A stretch of DNA of 64,000 nucleotides, from IMG/VR virus record IMGVR_UViG_2561511128_000006, positions 1-64,000 of that record; one strand, 5' to 3'. A program made the position numbers and the translations under genes. Shown one piece after another: positions 58,282 through 64,000 of this stretch (position 1 is its first letter; every line of letters begins with the position of its first letter). The notes beneath the pieces were generated by a model. It searched no databases, was not told the origin of the DNA, and worked only from the letters and a program-made list of their open reading frames with translations. Source of the stretch: a virus (Duplodnaviria; Caudoviricetes).

Positions 58282-58331
58282 GATGCAACTCCTACGGATA
58301 AAAAAGAGTTGGCATCGCCTACGAATAGCGA

Positions 58332-58411
58332 ATGCCGGGTGTTCGTAACCGCCCGTAGGTGCGGCTCCCTGCCTTTAGCTTACGCTTGGACATATCAGGG
58401 ACACCCGGCAT
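58332..58411 (-). ncRNA. C4-like antisense RNA, copy 2
   Basis: Same stems as copy 1, different seeds. Confidence 0.75.
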
Positions 58412-58582
58412 CAAGAGGATGCAAGTATAGCAGGAAACCAAAGTCAAAAAGAATCTTGACTTTGTCAAAAAGGCACAAAAAGAGCCATACTATCGGGTGG
58501 CGTTGTCCGCCTACGGGAAAAGGTGTTACGAGCACCGTAACCAGACAACGCCACAAAAATGGGGTAATGTCAAGGGTAAATA

Positions 58583-59479
58583 TCAACTGCAATATGGAAT
58601 AGAAGATCTGGATACAGTTATCTTGTCTAGATTGAATCCATTGTGCACAAGAAAATATTTAAGTTCATCTTCTTTTATTGTACAACATGGTCCTAGTATA
58701 ATTTCATGGATAGATTCTTCTAGGTACTTAAATTCAAAATATGGAATTAAATTATCTTGAGTTGCATAGAATTTCAAATCTCCTATTTCTTGATATGTAT
58801 CACTATGTTCTTCGTCAGCCCATGTACAATTTTTGTAATTATTTATATCATTTTTGTATGTATCATTTATTATTTTATTAATACTTGTTCCGTATTTCAT
58901 ACTTTTAATACCTAGCGGTATAAATACTATTCTTGATTCTTCTTCCTCTATGAATCCATTGTGTTTTAATAGCGATGCTTCTTTTATTATATTTATTATA
59001 TTTATGTAATATGATTCTAATATTGTTGGTTTAGAAAAATTTTTATATATATCATTAATTATAACATTGATATCATGTTTATTTTTGTCAATATAGCTTT
59101 CATTGTCATAACAAACTTTTTCATAGAATAAATTATGGTATTTTAAATTAAATTTAAATCCTATTGATATGCCTCTTCCATCGTTACCGTATGCTCTCCA
59201 TTGACTAAGCTTATCTCCTTTTTTAGAAAAACAAGATATAAAAACATCTGTTTTTAAAAAATAATCAATTACAATATTTTTATTTATTCTCTTTATATTT
59301 GTTTGTTTAGTGTCTTCCTTGTATAAAATATCTATTTTTTTCTCTATATAATCTAATAATAATTTCAATTCTTTTTTGTCATTCTGGTGATAGGCTGATG
59401 TAAGGCGTAGTTTTTTACTTTCGATAATTTTTTGAAAAACATCAATACTTCTATACTGATACATAGTTTCATTTTTCAT
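58583..59479 (-). CDS. DUF2971-family protein, very AT-rich
   Basis: YQYRS, FISCFS...LSQWRAYG...GISIGF, EEEESR, IILGP. Confidence 0.85.
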   Translation of the reverse strand: MKNETMYQYRSIDVFQKIIESKKLRLTSAYHQNDKKELKLLLDYIEKKIDILYKEDTKQTNIKRINKNIVIDYFLKTDVFISCFSKKGDKLSQWRAYGNDGRGISIGFKFNLKYHNLFYEKVCYDNESYIDKNKHDINVIINDIYKNFSKPTILESYYINIINIIKEASLLKHNGFIEEEESRIVFIPLGIKSMKYGTSINKIINDTYKNDINNYKNCTWADEEHSDTYQEIGDLKFYATQDNLIPYFEFKYLEESIHEIILGPCCTIKEDELKYFLVHNGFNLDKITVSRSSIPYCS

Positions 59480-59495
59480 TTTACTTACTCAATGT

Positions 59496-59756
59496 TTAAT
59501 AATGATACCGACATTGCAACACGATCAACGTGTCACTTCGCTCATCCAGTTTATAGGCGAGGCGCTCTTCCTGATTGATACGGCGCGACCAGCATCCGGC
59601 AAGATCGAAGCGTAGCGGCTCCGGCTTGCCGAGTCCTTTAAAAGGGGAACACAGCGCGTCATGCAAAAGTTCGTTGATGCGTTTTACCGTGCGCTTGTCG
59701 ATATGTTGCCAGTATAGATAGTCTTCCCACGCCTGCGGCGTCCATGTGAGCCGCAT
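59496..59756 (-). CDS. yoeB: YoeB/Txe toxin
   Basis: AWEDYLYWQ, GLGKPEPL, WSRRINQEERL.Y, C-terminal CRYHY. Confidence 0.95.
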   Translation of the reverse strand: MRLTWTPQAWEDYLYWQHIDKRTVKRINELLHDALCSPFKGLGKPEPLRFDLAGCWSRRINQEERLAYKLDERSDTLIVLQCRYHY

Positions 59757-60010
59757 CAGTCCACCATCTCATGCGCCGTAGTTGCGCCGGTATTGGCGGC
59801 GCTCAGAGAGTCCCGCAGGCGAGAGGCATTGGCTGGCGAGCGCAACAGATAGGCGGTTTCCATGATGCTGTTGTAATCCTCCAGAGACATCATGACCACG
59901 GAAGGCGACTTCTGGCGGGTGATGATGACCGCTTCGTGATGGTCGCAGACTCGGTTCATAGTGTCTGCAAGGTTCTGGCGGGCTTTGGAATAGGTAATGG
60001 CCTGAGACAT
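59756..60010 (-). CDS. yefM: YefM/Phd antitoxin
   Basis: ITYSKARQNLA, MMSLEDYNSIMETAYLLRSPANA; TGTACA/TGTACG operator pair at 60027 and 60039. Confidence 0.95.
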   Translation of the reverse strand: MSQAITYSKARQNLADTMNRVCDHHEAVIITRQKSPSVVMMSLEDYNSIMETAYLLRSPANASRLRDSLSAANTGATTAHEMVD

Positions 60011-60210
60011 GGCAATCTCCTATTTTTGTACAAATATATGTACGTAACAAGGGCAGGTCAAGCCAAATAAAAGGCGATAGGGTAGTGGGAAAGTCAAGGC
60101 GGCGGGGGACGAAAAAGCCACTCACGGTGGAAGGGCTTGGGGGAGTTTTCAAATTTGAAGTATACGGATACTCTGTTTTTAAGACAAAACTTATAGAAGA
60201 GGGATTGAAC

Positions 60211-61770
60211 ATGGATTTACATTCGTTGGTAAAAGATTTCAGTACCACGCCATTCCTCTTTGTGGGGTCTGGTTTTTCACGGAGATATTACGATCTTCCC
60301 GACTGGGAAGGGCTTTTGAAGATTTTTGTCCAAAGATTAAGTGGTGATGAATTCGCCTTCAACAAGTATACAAGTACGGCTGAAAGCCTCATCAACTCCG
60401 GAAGAGAAGGAGTTCGACTTGCCGTTGTAGCAGGACTTGTCATGCAGGATTTTGACAAACGCTGGTATGAGGAGCCATCTTTCAGACAGGTGAAAGATGA
60501 CTATAAGCCGTTTGTAAAGAACGGTCAGTCACCATTCAAGGTGGAGATAGCCCAATATATTGATGAGCATTCAATTCCTGTGGAGAACATGCGTGATGAG
60601 TTGGCAAAACTAAAGGAACTTTCCAACCGTAGTTTGGCTGGTATCATTACCACGAATTATGATCGCCTTCTTGAGGTGGAAACGGAAGGCTATAAATCCT
60701 TTGTAGGGCAAGAAGAACTTATTTTTTCGGCACTTCAGGGTTGGGCGGAAATATACAAAATACATGGTTCCGTTACCGATCCAAGCACTATTCTTATTAC
60801 TGACAAAGATTATAGAGAATTTAAGGAGTTCAGCCCTTATCTTACAGCAAAACTCATGACGATATTTATGGAATATCCTATCATATTTATGGGGTATTCC
60901 TTGACTGATCCCAATATCCGCATCATATTGGAAGATCTCGGAAAATGCTTATCAAAGAAAAATCTCGAAAAGCTTCAGAGTCGTTTTATTTATGTTGAGC
61001 ATAAAAGGGGACAGGAGGATGTGGAGCTTTTTGAACATTCTGTAGCAATCGGTGATGACCATATCCATATGACTGGAATCAGAACAGATAATTTTATGGC
61101 GATTTATGAAGCCCTTGGGGATAAGCGGGCTTCTCTTCCTGCCAAGCTTATTCGTATGTTCAAGCAAGAATTCTACACTTTTGCATTAACTAATGAACCT
61201 ACGGCTAGAATGCGTGTGGCTGCTATTGATGACGAAAGGGTAGGGGATGAAGAACTTGTACTTGGAATTGGAAAGTCTTCAGAGTTTGCCTTAAAGGGGC
61301 TGTCCGGAATGACGTCAAGAGAATGGTATCAACATGTCGTTCTGCATGATCTGGAGTTTACTGCCGATGATATTTTAACATATGCTTTCCCGTCCCTATA
61401 TAGAGCTAATAATGTATTACCATTGAATATGTTGCTAAAAGAAGCTGCGGGAAATTATCCAGAGTGTATAGAATGTAGATGTACAAATTTTGATGATATA
61501 ATTAATGGAAGACATAAAAAAAATAGAAATAGAAAACATATACCTGCAAGAAGTGTTAACGGAATTGTTGAAACATTCCATAATGATACGCATAAAATTA
61601 TATACGAAATACCTTATCTCAATGAATCTGAAATAGATGTGGATGAGTTAGAGAACTACCTGATAAACTTTTTCCGCCAAAGGGGGGCTTACGACAACCT
61701 AAACAGCAATGAAAGATCGGATATGAATAGGTTGGTGCGGATATTCGATTACTTGAAATATGGCAGATGA
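60211..61770 (+). CDS. SIR2-like (SIR2_2) domain protein, putative NADase defence effector
   Basis: LFVGSGFS, IITTNYDRLLE, YKIHGSV, IIFMGYSLTDPNI. Confidence 0.88.
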   Translation: MDLHSLVKDFSTTPFLFVGSGFSRRYYDLPDWEGLLKIFVQRLSGDEFAFNKYTSTAESLINSGREGVRLAVVAGLVMQDFDKRWYEEPSFRQVKDDYKPFVKNGQSPFKVEIAQYIDEHSIPVENMRDELAKLKELSNRSLAGIITTNYDRLLEVETEGYKSFVGQEELIFSALQGWAEIYKIHGSVTDPSTILITDKDYREFKEFSPYLTAKLMTIFMEYPIIFMGYSLTDPNIRIILEDLGKCLSKKNLEKLQSRFIYVEHKRGQEDVELFEHSVAIGDDHIHMTGIRTDNFMAIYEALGDKRASLPAKLIRMFKQEFYTFALTNEPTARMRVAAIDDERVGDEELVLGIGKSSEFALKGLSGMTSREWYQHVVLHDLEFTADDILTYAFPSLYRANNVLPLNMLLKEAAGNYPECIECRCTNFDDIINGRHKKNRNRKHIPARSVNGIVETFHNDTHKIIYEIPYLNESEIDVDELENYLINFFRQRGAYDNLNSNERSDMNRLVRIFDYLKYGR

Positions 61771-61771
61771 A

Positions 61772-61828
61772 ACAAAAAGCCTTGGCTTAGTGGATAATTA
61801 TTATCCACAAAGAGCCAAGGCTTTTTGT
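61772..61828. terminator. Long nested hairpin between SIR2 and cI (likely bidirectional terminator)
   Basis: 16-bp perfect outer inverted repeat plus 9-bp inner inverted repeat. Confidence 0.7.
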
Positions 61829-62015
61829 ATAAAAAAGCGGGGCATTTGGGGTACAACAAATACGCAGTCCACTCTGACAGCAGACACCTCGTAACGCGTA
61901 CCTTTTTGAATAGAATAGATGGAAATGGAGTTTTGTCAACTGCGGGCGCTGATGCCGATAGTGGTAATCTCTTTGAATAGTTATTTTTATTGTGTTGTCA
62001 TGAGGTGCACTGTTT

Positions 62016-62654
62016 CTATAGCACCCTTCCAAACCACCGCACCCGTCCGTAGACACGGAAAGCTTCAAGGTCGGGACCTTCCACCGCTACGTCCGCGAAA
62101 TCGCGGTTTTCCGAGCGCAGAAGCCAGCCGCGGGCCGTGCGCTGGAGACGCTTGACCAAAAGCTCCTCACCGAGGCCAACGAGAAAGATTTTGCCGTCGC
62201 TCGGTTCCTTGACCGACTGATCCACGAGTATGGTGTCCTTGTGGCGGATGAGCGGTTCCATGCTGTTGCCTATGACGTCGAGCATGACGGATTCCTTGGA
62301 GTGGATGCCCACGCGGTTCAGGAAGTCGCGGCGGAAGGCGTAATACCCGAGTACTTCGTCGGACGTGATCAGGGACGAACCCGCTCCGGCCCGTGCGGTC
62401 ACCTTCGGAACCATGTCATACCCCTCGAGACGTTCACCATGTTCCGGGACGTCAATTCCCATGAGATCAAGGGCTTTTCCCAGTTCGTTGAGCGTAGGTG
62501 TGCGATCCCCGAGAAGCCAGCGGCGCAGCGTGTGCGGGTTGATGCCAAAGTAGGATCCGGCAGCCGTTACATTGCCGTTGAACTCGCGTTCGACGTAATT
62601 TTTCAAAATGTGGAGGATTTTTTCTGCGTACATGGGATAATTGTATGGAAACAA
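62016..62654 (-). CDS. cI: CI-type repressor (HTH + S24)
   Basis: VIGNSMEPLI, LLVKRL, VYGRVRW. Confidence 0.92.
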   Translation of the reverse strand: MFPYNYPMYAEKILHILKNYVEREFNGNVTAAGSYFGINPHTLRRWLLGDRTPTLNELGKALDLMGIDVPEHGERLEGYDMVPKVTARAGAGSSLITSDEVLGYYAFRRDFLNRVGIHSKESVMLDVIGNSMEPLIRHKDTILVDQSVKEPSDGKIFLVGLGEELLVKRLQRTARGWLLRSENRDFADVAVEGPDLEAFRVYGRVRWFGRVL

Positions 62655-62716
62655 TTGACATATGTCAATTTGACTAAGAGAGATTTTTGTCTTGCATTTA
62701 GTTTGACAATAGTCAA
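62655..62716. promoter_or_regulatory. Operators of element 3
   Basis: TTGACATATGTCAA at 62655 and TTGACAATAGTCAA at 62703. Confidence 0.75.
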
Positions 62717-62728
62717 TAATCTTGACTT

Positions 62729-62959
62729 ATGAACACACTCGCATTGCTCATCAATCAGATGGGGCTGACCCCGGCGGAAGCCGCCAGGCGGACGGGCATC
62801 GCTTATGCCACCGTGTGGCGGCACTGTAACGGGACACGCGCCATCTCGGCTGAGGACGCCGTCAGGTACGAGCGGGGGCTTGGCATCAGCCGCCATTTGC
62901 TCCGGCCGGATCTGTGGGCCACTCCGGTGTCGTCCGTAAACGCAGGAGGGCACCCATGA
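62729..62959 (+). CDS. cro: Cro/YdaS-like HTH protein
   Basis: AARRTGIAYATVWRH...LRPDLW. Confidence 0.85.
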   Translation: MNTLALLINQMGLTPAEAARRTGIAYATVWRHCNGTRAISAEDAVRYERGLGISRHLLRPDLWATPVSSVNAGGHP

Positions 62960-63795
62960 ACGGTTTTCGCATCATTACCGCCGATGAGCGGATGGAGGAG
63001 CAGGGCGGCATCAAGGGCGTCATCTTCGGCCCGGCGAAGATCGGCAAGACTTCCCTTTTGTGGACGCTTGACCCGGAGACGACGCTGTTCCTCGACCTTG
63101 AGGCGGGCGGGCTGTCCGTACGGGGCTGGGGCGGCGACTCGCTCGAAATCCGGGACTGGGAGACGGCTCGGGACGTGGCCTGTTTTCTCGGCGGGCCAAA
63201 CCCCGCCATGCGTCCGGACCAGCCGTATAGTCAGGCTCATTACGATTATGTGCTTGGGCAGTATGGCGATCCCGCCACGACGGAAAAATACCGGACTCTC
63301 TTCATCGACTCCATCACCGTGGCCTCGAGGCTGTGTTTCCAGTGGGCATCGGGCCAGCCGGAAGCTTTCAGCGAGAAGACGGGAAAGCCGGATTCCCGCG
63401 GGGCGTACGGACTGCTCGGAAAGGAGATGATCCGTTGGGTGACGCAGCTTCAGTATATCCGTGGGCGCAACGTCTGGTTCGTAGGCCTGCTGGACGCCAA
63501 ACGGGACGACTTCAACCGTGAGTTTTTCGAACCGCAGATTGAGGGAGCCAAGACCGGACTGGAACTCCCCGGCATTGTGGATCAAGTCGTCACCATGACC
63601 GAATTGAGGACGGACGACGGGGCGCCGTACAGGGCGTTTGTCTGTTCCCGGCCCAACCCGTGGAACTATCCGGCCGGAGACCGGTCCGGCAAACTGGACA
63701 TGATCGAACAGCCTCACCTTGGCGGGCTGATGGAGAAAATCCACCGGGGCGAACGCAAGGCTATTTCTTCTTACACCTATAATCTGAAAGGATAA
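62956..63795 (+). CDS. Sak4-like/AAA_24 phage ATPase
   Basis: GPAKIGKTSL, LDLEAG, LFIDSIT, AGDRSGKL. Confidence 0.88.
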   Translation: MNGFRIITADERMEEQGGIKGVIFGPAKIGKTSLLWTLDPETTLFLDLEAGGLSVRGWGGDSLEIRDWETARDVACFLGGPNPAMRPDQPYSQAHYDYVLGQYGDPATTEKYRTLFIDSITVASRLCFQWASGQPEAFSEKTGKPDSRGAYGLLGKEMIRWVTQLQYIRGRNVWFVGLLDAKRDDFNREFFEPQIEGAKTGLELPGIVDQVVTMTELRTDDGAPYRAFVCSRPNPWNYPAGDRSGKLDMIEQPHLGGLMEKIHRGERKAISSYTYNLKG

Positions 63796-63798
63796 GTC

Positions 63799-64000
63799 AT
63801 GAGCTACGATTTCAACGGCGCCGACAGGCAGTCTTCTGGTTTCGACCCGATCCCCGCGGGCACCATCGTCCCGTTGACCATGAGCATCCGGCCCGGTGGC
63901 GCCGGCGATGGAGGCTGGTTCAAGCAATCGCAGTCGTCCGACGCGCTGATGCTGGACTGTGAATTCGTCGTTTCCGAGGGTCCGTACGCCAAGCGGAAGA
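63799..64000 (+). CDS. SSB-like (DUF669-type) protein, partial
   Basis: MSYDFNGAD...FDPIPAGT...LDCEFVVSEGPYAKRK; runs off the edge. Confidence 0.7.
   Translation, partial: MSYDFNGADRQSSGFDPIPAGTIVPLTMSIRPGGAGDGGWFKQSQSSDALMLDCEFVVSEGPYAKRK

Larger units (their letters stand above)
55027..64000. mobile_element. Second prophage/phage-like element integrated in tandem at the tRNA-Ser 3' end (continues beyond the right edge)
   Basis: P4-type int, AlpA, cI/cro, Sak4/SSB-like genes. Confidence 0.85.

Overview
The whole window is mobile DNA: three nested or tandem phage elements in a GC-rich host. A Desulfovibrionaceae host such as Bilophila is my impression only; nothing in the sequence proves it. 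(1) 1-5002 is the early/immunity end of a Mu-like transposable prophage: MuA DDE transposase running off the left edge, small early genes, a Ner/BcepMu-gp16-like gene, the repressor and a TG/CA end with repeats. This end sits inside, and truncates, the tyrosine integrase gene of element 2. (2) About 5003-55085 is an apparently complete ~50 kb temperate myovirus. It has a lambdoid early region (recT, exonuclease, C5 methyltransferase, cI/cro, O-like initiator, DnaB, RusA), two Mor-like activators, lysis genes, terminase, DUF1073 portal, DUF2184 capsid, DUF3383 sheath, baseplate and fibre genes. It ends at a duplicated 3' half of tRNA-Ser(GGA). (3) 55027->64000 is a second element integrated in tandem at that tRNA fragment, with a P4-type integrase, AlpA, a BRO-Rha antirepressor, DUF2971, YefM-YoeB, a SIR2 protein, cI/cro, a Sak4-like ATPase and an SSB-like gene. 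The best leads are: an AT-rich ClpP-class (SDH_sah) protease plus a coupled 66-aa ORF in exactly the lambda rexAB position; two paralogous C4-like antisense RNA cassettes whose seeds and targets co-vary; a portal with a BECR-like C-terminal extension; a 17-bp late-promoter motif repeated five times; repeat-delimited single-gene cassettes and a ~460-nt structured leader in the pL operon; and an integrase knock-out by Mu that should lock prophage 2 in place. All family assignments come from motifs I recognised by eye; no database search was run.
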